From: a bacterium
GTDB lineage: Bacteria > Margulisbacteria > Marinamargulisbacteria > GCA-2716485 > JAYNIM01
Assembly: GCA_038109055.1 (NCBI GenBank)
Contig: JAYNIM010000008.1
Span: 30,866 to 94,865 of the forward strand
Direction: 5' to 3'
DNA: 64,000 bases
Of the stretch, positions 11,071 to 24,800 are shown piece by piece. The notes under the pieces were generated by a model. That model saw only the letters and a program-made list of their open reading frames with translations. It had not been told where the DNA came from and made no database searches. Each line of letters starts with the position of its first letter. Positions within the stretch are counted from its first letter, which is position 1. The translations under genes were made by a program, and so were the position numbers.

Positions 11071-11916
11071 GACCCATTCTAGCGAGGAATAGCCAAAGAA
11101 AGAGGCAACAGAAAGAGCTTTTTCCGCCTGGGAAAGCGATTTTTTATCAGCTCCTTTAAGATGATATAAATCAGAAATATTCATAAAATCAACACTCATG
11201 ATGCCAGGGTTTTGATACGAATAGTGAACACGAGAGGACCAGTTTTTGATATGGCAGACATACACCGGTTTTTTATGGGAAAGATGCTGATCAATGAAGG
11301 GGAAAAGTGATTTAGAGACCTGGAAATGGTCACGATAAACTGGATGATGCAGGCCTTCGTTCGCATAGGCATAGGTAAGATATCCCGAACTTAACAACTG
11401 GGAGAGTCGGGATTGCTGTTGTTTGAAGCGTTGATCAGGAAAGCTCACCCAAGATAAGGGCCAAGAGATATGCAGGCAACAGATATTCAACAGACCAAAG
11501 GTGCGCATAAAGCCAGCAGGTCGAGGAATAAGGATCAATTGTGGAAAATGGGCAAACAAAAACAAGGCTTGCCAGGGATCTTCTCGAAGCCCCAATATAA
11601 GGCTGCCAGGAGGTAAAGGAGGGATTTTTGTGTTGTGTTTAAGCGTTCTAATGCCTCGACAATACAACAAAAAACGACATTGCCATTGCAACAAAACAGC
11701 CAGAGCTCGCTTTGTCATAGACGGTAAGAGCAAGAGAAAGGGACAAAGGCATAAAAAAGACACATAAAACAAAAAACAAACAACAGCAACGACAAAAAGC
11801 AAACGCAAACCAAAGAAAGAACGTTGTTGAACAGCATCATAATGCCTAATCGCATGCTGTAATTTTACCTGGTGATGGGCCCGTTCACGCTGCCAGTCTG
11901 GTGGATAGTCTGACAT
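11065..11916 (-). CDS. Membrane protein with a degenerate PlsC-like acyltransferase fold
   Basis: N-terminal TM segment, then blocks spaced like PlsC (W..R.LL..RG.R, ANEG for FPEG, PVYVCHI, PGIMSVDF). The NHxSxxD block is replaced by GLREDPWQ. Confidence 0.5.
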   Translation of the reverse strand: MSDYPPDWQRERAHHQVKLQHAIRHYDAVQQRSFFGLRLLFVVAVVCFLFYVSFLCLCPFLLLLPSMTKRALAVLLQWQCRFLLYCRGIRTLKHNTKIPPLPPGSLILGLREDPWQALFLFAHFPQLILIPRPAGFMRTFGLLNICCLHISWPLSWVSFPDQRFKQQQSRLSQLLSSGYLTYAYANEGLHHPVYRDHFQVSKSLFPFIDQHLSHKKPVYVCHIKNWSSRVHYSYQNPGIMSVDFMNISDLYHLKGADKKSLSQAEKALSVASFFGYSSLEWVS

Positions 11917-12450
11917 CTAAATCTCAAGTCCTTGTGCCTGATCTGACACAATTTTACCTTCGCGAAGCGTTAATTTATTTAGGTTCGTTTGACGATGTTT
12001 TAAGTGGGGCGTATTCGCACTGGGTTTAGAAGAGGTCGTTTGAGGAGATTGAGAGAGTTTGTTATCCACCGAGGGGGCCTTCTTTTTGAGAGTATGTCGC
12101 TGTGGCGTGGTTGAGCGAACTTGTATCGAACTAGAAGATAACGAATCAGATGGGGCTGAGGAGGAAGAAGGCCTAGAGGGCCTAGACAGAGGTTTAGGGG
12201 GTGTTTTGGGAGGAGAGGTAGGTACAGAAGGAGATGGAGGATCAGAAGGGGGCTGAGACCTAGCGGGTGTAACAGAGGGAGGCTTAGGGGGTGAGATAAG
12301 TTGATCTGCGTCAAAGGGCACTTCAACATAGGGCTGAGACAGCCGGCGTTGAGCATCACGCAAAAAGTGTTTTAATGGCACAAATAGTTGTTGTTGTAGC
12401 ACCTGCCCTAAACTAGAGGTGGAGGCGTCATCTGCTGCATCCTTAGACAT
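11917..12450 (-). CDS. Hypothetical Pro/Ser-rich protein
   Basis: 177 aa ORF abutting both neighbours (0 and 3 nt gaps), with a low-complexity centre. Confidence 0.65.
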   Translation of the reverse strand: MSKDAADDASTSSLGQVLQQQLFVPLKHFLRDAQRRLSQPYVEVPFDADQLISPPKPPSVTPARSQPPSDPPSPSVPTSPPKTPPKPLSRPSRPSSSSAPSDSLSSSSIQVRSTTPQRHTLKKKAPSVDNKLSQSPQTTSSKPSANTPHLKHRQTNLNKLTLREGKIVSDQAQGLEI

Positions 12451-12453
12451 GGT

Positions 12454-12768
12454 TTAGTGCTCGTCACGTGGAGACGAATCAGCTGTTTTAGGAGGGTTGT
12501 TTTGAGCATCATTGCTGGATTGTTGCTTTTGCAAATCACTGGCAATATCCATAAGGTTTTTTAAATTACTGTGGAGCATGTCTCGATTTTTTTCCATTTC
12601 TTCAAAGAGCTGAGAGCTGCGTTTTTGAGACGCATTCAGTTGTTTAAGGGCTTCTCTTTCATTGGCTTTTAAACGACGGGCACGCAACACGTCACGCACA
12701 ACAACATAGAGGCAAAGGCAACAAAAAAGTCCAATCAATACCTTATAATTAAATAATAATGTCATCAT
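12454..12768 (-). CDS. Hypothetical single-TM coiled-coil protein
   Basis: AAGGAG SD; N-terminal hydrophobic helix followed by a heptad-like segment. Confidence 0.75.
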   Translation of the reverse strand: MMTLLFNYKVLIGLFCCLCLYVVVRDVLRARRLKANEREALKQLNASQKRSSQLFEEMEKNRDMLHSNLKNLMDIASDLQKQQSSNDAQNNPPKTADSSPRDEH

Positions 12769-12801
12769 CCTATACTCCTTAATACCACAAATACAGACAT
12801 T

Positions 12802-15800
12802 TTACACCGTATTTTTTTGGGGGGCCTTTTTTTTAGAAGACCTACCAACATAATATGTTTTGATCTGATGTTTTGAAGCCGAATCTAAGAAAGGTAAAAG
12901 CAAGGTCAATAAGCGCTGAAAATCTTGGGGCTGTTGCTGAGACCGAGGTTGAGTCATATGCTGAGTAAGAGTCGCTTGAAATGTCGAAGAAAGAACAGGG
13001 TCTATTTCTAATAAGCTCTGCCATAATGTATGAAAAAAAGACTGATGTTTGAAATGACCTTGTGATAACAAACGTTGTAAAATAATCAAAGCTTCAGGTA
13101 CCTTGGTATCCAGCATCTGGTCTAAATGTCGGACAAACGCAGAGACAAAGTCCGGATCTCTCAAGGCATGATGAAAGAGTTTCTTTTGGGTAATAGACAA
13201 GCCCTGACTCCGAGAGAAACGAAGCATCCAAGTAGAGGTATCAATAAAGGAGTTATCATCCGGAGAAGGGGAAGGCGGCAATTCCGCAGAGGAGAACGGG
13301 ACTGACTCTGTAACAGAGGCCCACTGACATCCTAAGGCCAAATACAGCTCAGGCACATCATCCAAAGGTATCGACGCGGTTTTTGATTGTTCAATAACAA
13401 GCGCAGGAAGATGTGCATATTGTGGATTAAGTAAGGCCATATCTAACAACGCTTTCTTTAACGATGGCGAACGAAATGCCATAAACCACGACTTGGCAGG
13501 GAGAGATGACGCTGTTTTGCAGAGAGCCTGAGAAAAACAGGTGTTTAATCCTTCTTGAGAATCAAAAAGCAGGAACAAGGCCTGGCTATGACGGGGGTCT
13601 TGCAAAATAAGATCCAGCAATGACGAACAGTGCTCAGCCGGCAATTTTTGGCAAGCACTGGCAAAAACAACCGCTTTATCGGTGTGTTGAGTAAAGCGTA
13701 GCAAAAAACATAATTGAGCAAGCAGTAAAGGGCCTGATGTGTGACAACGACCATGGTGACAGTCTTGAAGTGTTTGGGAGAGGTGGGTATCTAAATCAGA
13801 GATATCATGACGTTTCTGCTGAACAAAACGCAAACATGTTTGGCGCAACGTAGGATCCAGAAGCACTAAGAAACCCAATAAGGTCTCTGTATCAATCGAA
13901 AGGAGTACAGGGAACAACTGCCAGTCACGAACAGAAAGCCCCGGCTGAGCTTGGTTAAGAAATAAAGCTGTTTTTAAGAAGCCTATCGCAGTAGGCTGAG
14001 AGGTATAATAAGACTGAAGAGCTGGAAGTAAACAGTGTGCAGGAAGATGGCCTTGTCCTGAATCACAATAGGCCAATAATAACTGAGCATCATCCAAGGG
14101 CAAGGCAGCGGCTATCGCAGCGGGATAAGGTTTGGAGGGATCAACGAACCCAATACAACGCAATAAATCAGGCAAGGAGATACTTGGGATCGCTAGTAAC
14201 ATGGTAAACAAGGCACTTCTTTGCAGCGCTGTCCCTCGGGAGAAAGCCCAATGAAAAGGGTGTTGAAATCCTTTGGAATCATAGCTAAACAAAGTAGATA
14301 GCAATTGCGAAAGAGCCTCTGAGTCAGACGCAATGGTGTGAGACCCCAAGGCAAATAGTAATAACTGCTTCGACAAGGATCGCCAAATAGACTCTAAGGT
14401 ATGGCCTAGCTCTTGTTGCATGAAATGCTGACGCAACAAGTGATCAAACAAGGTCCAAAGCTGAAAAACATAGGCAAAGGTAAAGCAAGGTCGGCGAGTG
14501 AGAACATTCGCGACGTCTTTATCAACACTAAGGCGAAAACGTGCTTCATAAGGGCGCAATAAAGAGAGGAGCTCCTTTAAATGAGAGAGCCCCAATGTAG
14601 GAGTGGAAACCGTATCCAAGCCAGAAAGTGCCAAGGCATCAATACGGTTAAATTGGTCATGAGTTTGAGAAGAAAAATAGCCGGTCATGCGGGTTAGGGC
14701 ATGACGAAAACGCGAAAAAGCTGGCAGCAAATGCAGGCCATCAGGAGGATGCTGAGAAAAGAGAGAGACCCAGCGCTCTTGCTGGTCACGAAGTAAATGC
14801 AAACGTTGACAAAGCGAGCGAAGATGGAGGCCAAAAGAAGCAGCCAAGGACTGCAGGGGAGCATGTTGCTGCAAAACACCTTCATGCAAACGCGCGGTAG
14901 GATAGGAAGAGGCATTAATATAGCCCTCTTTTTTCAGCGATTTAAAGAGCGATCGACACGAAGAAGCCGCCAAGGGCTGTCCCGTATCAAGACGTAAGTA
15001 GTGAAACAGCGAGGCAGAAATACGGCCATGAAAGGAGGTGAAAACAGAAGTAAACAAGGTGGAGTCCAAGAGCCACAAGGCCCAAAGCATGGTCAATCGA
15101 TGACGTTGATCCATACGACGAGCCAAGATCATCATGAGCCAGTGGTCAGGCGTTGGTGTATGTAAACAAGACAAAATTGCAACGGCATGACGCAGTAAAG
15201 GTTGAAGCTGATCAGTGATAGAGGAGGGTAAGAGATCAAAAAGGTCCTGATAGAGTTTATGATGAGGAAAGTGAGCACAGGCCAGACAAAATTGAACAAA
15301 GTAACGGGGGTGATAATAGAGGCCCTTAACCAATAACTCGGGACACGTCATCAGAAAGGTAGGGATACGCGCCAAGTGTTTTTTGTCTTGAAAAACAGAC
15401 CAGGGCTGTTCTAAAACGGATTCAAGTTGAGAACGGGTACGGCAATGGGTATATAACTGTTTCAGTAAGGCCGCATCGATCTCTGGCAGTAAAGACGTCA
15501 AGGTAGAAAACTCAAGCTCAGATAAGCTCCCTAAAAAGGCTAACCAACATCCAGAAGCCTGCCATAAGCGAAGAAGCGAGGGCTGGGTATCTAGTCGCGC
15601 GGTGATGACAGTGTGCAACCCCGTCCCGAAGAGATCTTCCTGAAAAGCGTAGCAACGTTGCAAAGAGACCTGCAAGCGGCGATTTGTGAGGCAAGGATCG
15701 CTTGCTTCGTAGAATACGGCCATCGCATGACAGGCCGCAAGCCAGAACGGTCGTTGTGCCAACTCAGTCAAAGGCTGAGAAAGTAGCGCCAGAAAGTCCG

Positions 15801-18800
15801 TATCAGATTGCGACAAGGCGTCAGAAACAAAGGCATGATCACCGGCCAAAGTATAGAGCCGCTGCAACACCTGCAAGCTACGTTGACTATGATAAGCCGT
15901 CAGGTCAAAACGAAGCGAGCCAGACAAGGTGACAGAAGAATGGCCCTGCAACCAAACCTGAAGCTGAGAGAGTGGTGTTACATACAATAAATAGACATGC
16001 AACAAAGCAGATTGCTGGGGCCATTGAGAGACAACATAGGCAACTTCGAGCAGCGAAAAGAGCGAGGCTAACGAGGGGTCAACACAGCTTAAGGAAAAAC
16101 AGTCTTCGATCAGCTGACGTTGCAAGGTGCCAGGGGGGGAATCGGGCGTCAAACTCTCTAAGGCCAACAAGGCTTTGGGGCGACCCATATCGTTAAAACG
16201 AGAGAGCAGCGCTTTAACAACCAACGCATACACCGATTCAAAACAGGCCATGGCATCCTCCGAAAGAGAGGCAAAACTGAGATCGACTAAGGCTGCAACA
16301 AGATCTTCAGACAAGGAAGAGGGGGCAAGTTGTAGAGGGGCTAGGTCAACACGATCATCAAACAAGAGATCCTCATCCTCCGTATCCTCACTAGACGAAT
16401 GGCTCTCACGCTGCTGAGCCTTTGGATGGGGGGTATTCGGATCATCATCGTCAATAGAATCAAGATTATCTGAAAGATGAGACAGTTTTGAGCGGAGAGT
16501 AGGCGATAAAAATTGGGTATAAGCAGTACGTAAAGTAGCGGTTGCCTCATCCTGCTCCATAAAGTGATTAATATCAAATTGTGGCAAAATATGAGGCGAG
16601 CTAGGATTTGCCACAATAGAGTCTAGAGAAGCGGCAATCGCAAAGGTATTAATAGCGACGTCACCTGGATCTTTAGGTTCTTTAATATATTTTTGTATTA
16701 ATTTCTCAATTCGCTTTGACTCAGCTTTATCCAGAGAGGAAAAATGTTTTTGAAACTTTTTTATATAGGCTTGGGCATGTGAAACAATCTTAGAAGCAAC
16801 AGCAGGGTCTTTTGCATCATCGCTTTCAGCAAATTTTTCAGCATATTCCTGGGCTAAATTCTCTACAGCAAAAGCCATCGATTCAGCTACAGGAGCCCCA
16901 GGAACAGGCGCACTTCCATCTGTACTAACTGCTTGAGCAGAAGTCGGAGTAGTTTGAGGCCCAAGAGCAGCCAAAGCTACAGGACCCTGAGTTTGAGACC
17001 CAGCAACAGCCATAGTTCCAGGACCCTGAGTATTTTGAGACCCAGCAACAGCCATAGTTCCAGGACCCTGAGTATTTTGAGGCCCAGCAACAGCCATAGT
17101 TCCAGGACCCTGAGTATTTTGAGGCCCAGCAACAGCCAGGCCACCAGCATTACCTGCTGGATTAGGAGAATCTGGGGCTTGTTTTTTATAAGGCTCCATA
17201 CGCAAGACAAGTTGATCCCTTTTGAATAAATCGACTTCATCTTTATCTTTTTTTCTAAGAACCTCATAGGCCTCATCTTCAGTGTCAAAATCCTCAAAAC
17301 CAGATAGCTGAGCAATGTCGGCATTAAAGGCAAGACTATCTCCTCTGAGAACATGGCCCAAAAAGCGCTTCGTTTCATCCCTAAGAATACCCCCGCCTCC
17401 TTGGTCATTAAGGTTTTTGACCCCTTCCAGGATCCTTTCTTTCGTTTGTTTATCTAAAATAGCAAAGTCTTTCTTAAGCGAAATTAAGGCATTTAAGGCC
17501 CGTTTTTCTTCGATAATAGTTTGAGGGCTTCCGGGGTCGCCAGAGGCATACTGCATTTGCCCCCACATATAGCCAATAAATTCGCGGGCCAAGACGCTAG
17601 CATTGACTGAGTCATCAGCGCGTCGCTGTAGACTTTTAAGAAACGATGAAGGGTGATCCGTCAAATGTGTCGTTTGTTCTGAGGGTAAACGAGATAGATA
17701 AGCAGGATTCTCACGGTCATCCTCATCAGCAACCTCTAATCGAGCTTGAGTGAGTTGGTCAAATAGCTGAGAAGCTATCGGATCTTTAGCCTTTCTAGTA
17801 CGAAATGTGAATCCCTTTTTAGTTCCTTCAAAATCGATGCCCACTTTCTTTTTTCGTAAGGCTTCAATATGGTCATCATATAGGGCGAGTCCTTGTTTTG
17901 AATCAGAGCTATGCAACAATTTGAGGGCCTTTTTAGGGTTTATGGAGCTCGTCCCCCCCGCACCCATCTGCCAGTTAAGTTGGCTTTTATTCAAGCTTAA
18001 CATTGAATACGCTAAGCCAATATCTTCAAAGCTAAGCGTGTCAGAGTCAAAGGAAGGCTCATCTGTCGCGCCAAGGGCATTCAGGACATTTGCGATGTTG
18101 TTAGACAAAGTTGAATCAAGGGGATTAGAAAGGCCAGTAGAGCCAAGAATTTGTACAAGATTCTGTGATGTCGTATTCCCAGATAAAAAGTTGGCTACAT
18201 CGTTCTTGTTAAAACTGCCTTGACTTAGACCCTCCCGAAGTTTCTTAAAAATAGTAGAGTCATCTGATTTAAGTTTCAGCAACTCTTCCAAGGTAGTTTC
18301 TAAGCCGCCTTCATCGCTATCACCTGATAGTTCTTTCAACTTAGAAACCAAGGACCCATCATCGTCCTCAAATGTATGCGCACTCCCTGTTTGTAAGACA
18401 TCTCCCAAAATTTGACGCGCTTCTTTTGAGCGAAAATACTTGGAAGAAGACGAATCAGCATAGTCCCGATAGGCGTCATAGCTCTGTGTAAGTTTCTGTA
18501 CCATCTCACGTCTTTCCTTCAATCCTGTGAGTCCTTTCGAAAACCCACCCTTACCCTTAGAGTCTTTTCCAAAACCGTGAATTGCCGTCTCAAATTGAGC
18601 AATAGAATCTTTAATAGAGGCCGTCGTTGAGTTAGCGTTAGCATGCTTAGCAGCTAATTGGACCGCATGTTTGCGAACCTCAGCAGCGGAGGTTTTAGGA
18701 TCAATAAAGCCAACCAGTTGCGCCATGAGTGTATCCTCTGCATTCTTGTCAGGGAGTATAGAAGTAAGGCCTTGTTTTTGCTCATCTGAAAGCTTAGTAC

Positions 18801-21800
18801 CCCCGCTAAGAAGCGCCTCTCGTTTGCCAGGATCTGTAGCATCTCTAGCAATTTTAAGACCATAGCGCAAGATACCATGAATCTCTTTTTTGCTTTTGTG
18901 AGATTGAATAGCCGCCGTTAAGCCAAGTTTATCAAAGATCTGCGAAAGTCCTTCAGCCGCATCTTGTTTTATATCATCAGATGTTGTTGTTGAAGGGACA
19001 TCCCCCAAAGCCATTAATACCCTCAGTTCTTGAGATGTAGGAGCCTTATTTTGACCATCTGTATCATCAAAATGGTCACTGACTGTTGTCTTGATGTTCT
19101 TAATATTCGCAAAAGTTGCAATTCCAGCCATATCCCCCACCTCAGCCGAAGGCTCATAAGCAGAGCCATGCTGTAAAATATGTCTACGGTCGTCTTTTTC
19201 AGTCCTCACAGCCTCTTTAAGGATGTCTTGAGGGTCAGTGGGGTTAGGGTCAGTCATAGGCCAAGCATGGCGTGTCATGCCCGTAAGCCCAACAAATCCA
19301 TCTTTCAATAAGGCCTGACTGTCCTTAGTGTGAGAAGAATTATTTACCAAAACGTCCAGAAAGGCAGTAAGATAAACCCAGTTATGGGGGAATATTAGTT
19401 TGATAAGACTTACGGGTAAAGACAGACTTAATAACACCCTTCTTAGTAGATTGAAAGGTTTGTTAGTAGGAATATCGGTTACAAGCCAGTTATGCATGTT
19501 TGTAAACGTTCGACCAATAGTAGAATTACTCCATTTTTGTCCAACTTTAAAAGAAAGATCCTTAGCGTCTCGGGACAAACGTGATTCTATGAATGGAGAC
19601 GACAGAATATCTCCCAGGCCACCAATAATGTGACTTGTAACATCACCGACTTTTGCGGTCGTAGAATCTGGTTTAGGGTTTATCTTAGATGAGATATAGG
19701 ATAAAACTTCACCTGGTACAGAAACTGGAAGAGAGGCCGCCGCCAAAATGCCATTCAGAAGCATACGTTTCTTTTTGTGACGTTTTTTGACAGCATTAAC
19801 AGCATTTTCTTTTTCTTTTTCTTTTTCCCTTTTAATAAATACTTCTTTATAAATAGAGTCTAAGAGTGGGATATCAGTATTTGGTTTATTTTGTCTAAAA
19901 TCATCAGCAGCCATCCCATATCTAGTTGCATCATCAGCAAATTTATTTTGTTGGGACGTGTTTAAGTCCTGGAATTCCAAACGAATTTCACTCGCTTTTT
20001 CTGGGTTAGTCTTTTTTTCCCATTCCTCAGCAAATTTCTCCTCAAGTTCAGCATCACTAGGATGAAAGAGGGCCTTTTGATCAGAAGGCATCTTATCAAG
20101 ATCATTGATGGGATCCAAATTAGCAAGTTTCTTCGCATGCTCCTTAACTTCTTGGGGGGTCATAAGGGCACTTTTACCATCAACCCCCATTTTTTGTGCC
20201 AGTGCACGTGTGAGCGGATTAATAAAGGGCGTCTCACCCTTATTCCAGTCATCTTCCTGGCCATCTGCAAAGAGAATATTGTTTAAATTTTTGTCATGCA
20301 TAATATCAAGACGGCGTAATTTTTTTTTCTTCTTATCTAATAAAAGGAAGGGAATAGCGCGTAATGTATTAACAAAAACAGCGGCTGTTGTAGACGTAGG
20401 GCTTGTTTTATTAAGGTAACGCTTGAGTAGAAATCTTTCGAAAACCTTTTGCATGAAATGTTGTAATGAGAGACTAATGTCAGTGGAAAACATACCTTGA
20501 AGAGCTTTCTGTTCTTTTAATAGTTCTTTTCGGATCTGAACATTTCCTTTCATAAGGTCGGCCTCAAACATCAAGTTTTCCATATCAGCAGTGGGCAGTT
20601 GATCACCTGAGATGCCTCCAGCATCTCCAAGATCAGACCCATCTTGAAACATATCTTCCGAATCAAAGGAACTTTGAAGAGCCCCTTCAGACTTAGCAAG
20701 ATTACCCAATATTCGTGCGATGAATAGTTGCAAAAACCCTGTATTTTCCGAAAAGCCCTGCGGGAACACGAGTTTATTAAAGATGAATTTAAGTTTTCGT
20801 GCAGAATTATTGGAGCTAAAAAGATTATTCTTGAATTTCAACTTGAATTTAATTCGCAGCCATTTTTTACTAAGAGCAGCCGTGGCTTTTTTTCCCTGCG
20901 AGGACGACATAACACGACCCCCAAACGCCTTAAGACCTAAGACCCCCATTTTTGTGACAAATTCAAAAACAATAGAACGAATATCATTCACAGCACGGTC
21001 GCGAGACTCTTTAAGTTGTTCTAGCTTAGCGGTTAAACGATCAAGTTTTCGTGATAACAAAGATTGAAAAGCTCCCATGCCCTTTTTTGACATTGAAAAA
21101 GCATTACCTATCACAGCACCTTGGCCAGCAACATCACTAGCACTTGCTAGCGTTTGCATGGCGCTGTCAAAAATATCCATGACCATGGTGGCACGGTTTT
21201 TCTGTTTCTTGAGTTCTAATCGTTTCTTAATAAGGGCCCCACGGTTGATAATGGTGGTTCCCATAGAAGACGTTTTAATCAATTGTGCGTCATTAAGCTT
21301 AGTCTCAACCGTGCTGCCTCCCACATTTTTAACAATATTAGAGGCACGAAGTCCGTCATCTTTTTCTCGGTTTAAGGCAGCATTTTTCTTTTTATCGTCA
21401 GTGTCGGATACGTCGTCAGTAGAGGCAGCCAATGTATCATCAACAGGAAAAAAATCAGTGAGTAAATTAGAGTGTTTAGAAGAAGCAGCATCACGAAGAC
21501 TAAAAAAACGATACAAGCCCACAACAGCTGTAGCAACTGTTTTAATCCCCTTAACCACTCGCTGGGCCGAGATTAACTTTTCTAATTTATCTTTCATGGA
21601 GGTTTTGGTTTCGGCTGTAGCACCAACAGCCGAAGCAATAACATAAGAACTAATAGCGGCAAGGTACACAGTATCAACAGCCGTCTCAAGGGTGAGGGTG
21701 GTTTTTGTGGTCAAATAATCATTATAAAGCTGTACTTGTGCTGAAAGCTCCTCAACAAATGCAGAGGATAATGCTTGTTGAACCTGAGAATACGCATCAA

Positions 21801-24800
21801 GGGCCTGCATGGCTTGTTGCATAACACCTTGACTGGAGCGATTTTCAACGCCTGAAAAGTCTCTTATGACCTTATCAACAGATTTGCGCAGGGTGTCTGT
21901 ATACATGTTAATCAACTGAAATAACTTTAAACGTTGAAGATAATCAACATTCATTTTTTCATCCATAAGGGCAAGGTTTTCAAAATTAAGCTGGGAAAAA
22001 TTAAGAGCAAAATCAAACAAAGCACTCCCGTCAGTATCATATTGAGACTCAATAGACCCATCATAAGCACGGACATCATTTTTAGTAGAATCAAAAATGC
22101 CAGTCTTAAACGTTTGTGAAGAGTTCTCAAAACGACCAGAGCGATTAATAAAGTTAGGCTGACCCTCTTCAAGAGGTTCCAAGGAACGAAAGGTGCCAAA
22201 ATTAGGGACATAGGACCCAGAGTTTGAGTCGCTTATAAAATTATTACGAGTAGCACGGCTAGTAAGTGCGGGATAGTAAAAGGGGTCCGCAGAAACAGAG
22301 CGTGAAAAAAGTTCATCATAATTACTATCCCCATTATTGCCATTAATATTAGGTTGAGATAAGGCACGAAGATTGTCCATGCTTTGAGTATGAAGACCGT
22401 TAAAGAAAGGGGTAGAGTCTGAAGTGTGATGATGAAAAAGGCTTAAAAAATCACGGGCGTGATAATGACGCTGCCCCTCATCAGACAAAGTGGCAGATTG
22501 ACCATCAGAAGATATATCTAAATCTCTAAGCGCATAGCTGGGTAAAAACGTATGAGGTGACGAGACCGAATTCAAGCGACTTTGATTAGGGTGGGAGGGT
22601 GAATTATACAAGGGCTCATTGTATTCATCATAAAAATGATGGCCAGGATTACCTTGATAAAGCTCCATATCAAAAGCAGAGCTTTGGGTACGACGCCAAT
22701 CAGCCAAGGTATTCATACGTTCATCAATACGCGGTTGTTCAAAATAGGTTGTACGCAGGTCAGAATAAGGTTGGGAATGAGAAAGGGGGCTTTCTACTAA
22801 ATCTAAAATTAAGTCTTGGGCCTCTAAGCGTTTTTTTGCGCGCATCCAAGGAATGGGTGAAATATACGCGGCAGGCCCTGTATTTAAAATTTGTCTTAGG
22901 GCATAAAGGGATAAGGAAAAGTCAAGCATCGATTCCGAAAAGTCATAATATTTTTTTCTAATAGTTTTATTAACATCGACATTATGTTTAAAGGCAGTAA
23001 TGAGCGTATCTAATTCAGATTTAAAGGTATCTTTAAGCGAGGTTTCAAAGCTAACAAGGGTAGAAAAGGCCTGTTGTAAACCATCGCGAAGTTGATCTAG
23101 AGAACTGAGAGTTAATTGATGCCTCGAACTAGTTTTAGCAAATAATTGTAAAATAGAAGCAGTTGTATTGCTAAGTGTTTCAAGGTAATGCATCCAAATA
23201 TTAAAATACATCTCTAATCCCTGCATACCTCTAAAATGGCTTTGTTCAATCATAGAAAGAGCTAAGGAATTTTTTGTAAAACCACCGCTACCCGTAGGAA
23301 GTAGGAGCGGAAGTTTTTGCGTTTCCTGCCTACCTGGGAAGGCATGCTCCAGATGTGGAATACGATAGTCAAGTAAGGCATTATTGTCATCTCCGGCAAA
23401 CCCTGTACCAGTAGGCAGCGTTTCTATGCGACCAGCAGCCAATCGACGAAGAGCAATACGAGTATCATCCAGATGAAAGTAGGATTTTGCTAAAAAATCT
23501 TGACTGAGCCTATTCTTAGCAGAAGGGGTTCCATCAAAAAACAAAGAATTACGGCGATAATCAAGCTTAGGATACTGACCTAAGAGCAAATCAGTACGCG
23601 CAGCTAGGCTGCCATTGAGACGATTAGTCATCCAAAATTGATCAGGCGTAGCTTCATTAGACCCTTGATAAATAGAGTTGTCAAAAGGCTTATGTCGAGA
23701 ATCATAGGGAGCATTATTATGATTGGCAGCAGAAAAAGAAGGAGAAAAATTAGTTAAGGAGTCAACACCATAAAATCCACCACCACGGCCAAGTGAAACT
23801 CGTGCGAGATCGTCTTCTTGGTCGTATAAAGGTGACCACTTATTTTTAGGAAACAATACGGGGTAGTATTGCAGGAGATAAGGTGTTTGATAACGATAAA
23901 AGGTTTTATGAATATTATATTCTTTTTCATCAAAGGCACGATCAACGATACCAGACCCTACACGCCAAAAAACAGGGAAACTGAATTGCTTGGGAATAGG
24001 GGGAGGCGACCCAGGGGCGGACCATGCCTTACTTGCAACCTCTAGTGCGGTAGCTAAGCCTTGTGCAATGCCAAAATTAGTAATAGCCACAGTTGATTTC
24101 GTTATATTTAATGTCTGTTCAAGATTGTTTAAATAATACTCTTGTTGATGTTTAATTAACGTATTAATCGCCTCTTTATAATCTTTGAACTGATCATTTA
24201 ATTTCTCGAGAGTCTGGTTGGCAAGGGAAAATTCAGCCATAAAGCGGGAGGACATAATTTTATTAACCGTCGTTTTTACCGGACGTGACTGAGCTCCAGC
24301 AGCCTGAGCAATCCCTGCAGCAGCATCCAGTTGATACTGTTGGATAGCGGATAACGAAATAAACAAAAGATTTAAAAAACGTTCATAGGCATTTAATTTA
24401 TCTAAAAGATCCACATACCAAAACGAATTCATATCAATAAAGGGGCTTGTACGAGTTGCCTCAGATGGAACGAGAAGTTGAGAGATACTACCAAGATCAG
24501 TCACAGAACTAATACCATTTTGGATTTGATCTAGAATTGACGCAACAATAGAAGAATCTTCTGAAAGAACATCTTCAGCATCAATATCATTACTTTTACC
24601 AAGAATGTCTTTCGCAGAAGTACCGGGCGTATATATCACATCAGATCGCATAGCCCCACGTTGATGACGCATAAAAAGCCTGCCGCTATCATCTTGGCCT
24701 GCACGGATACGGTCATCACGCATTTGAGGGTGAAAAAGGCGATAGGGTGTCGAAGCGCTTGGGTTGGAGGCAACAGCAGCTAAGTTGCCAGATAAGTCTG

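Noticed and set aside
16981..17138. Repeats as a CRISPR array
   Set aside because: Contiguous in-frame units with no unique spacers, and no cas genes in the window.
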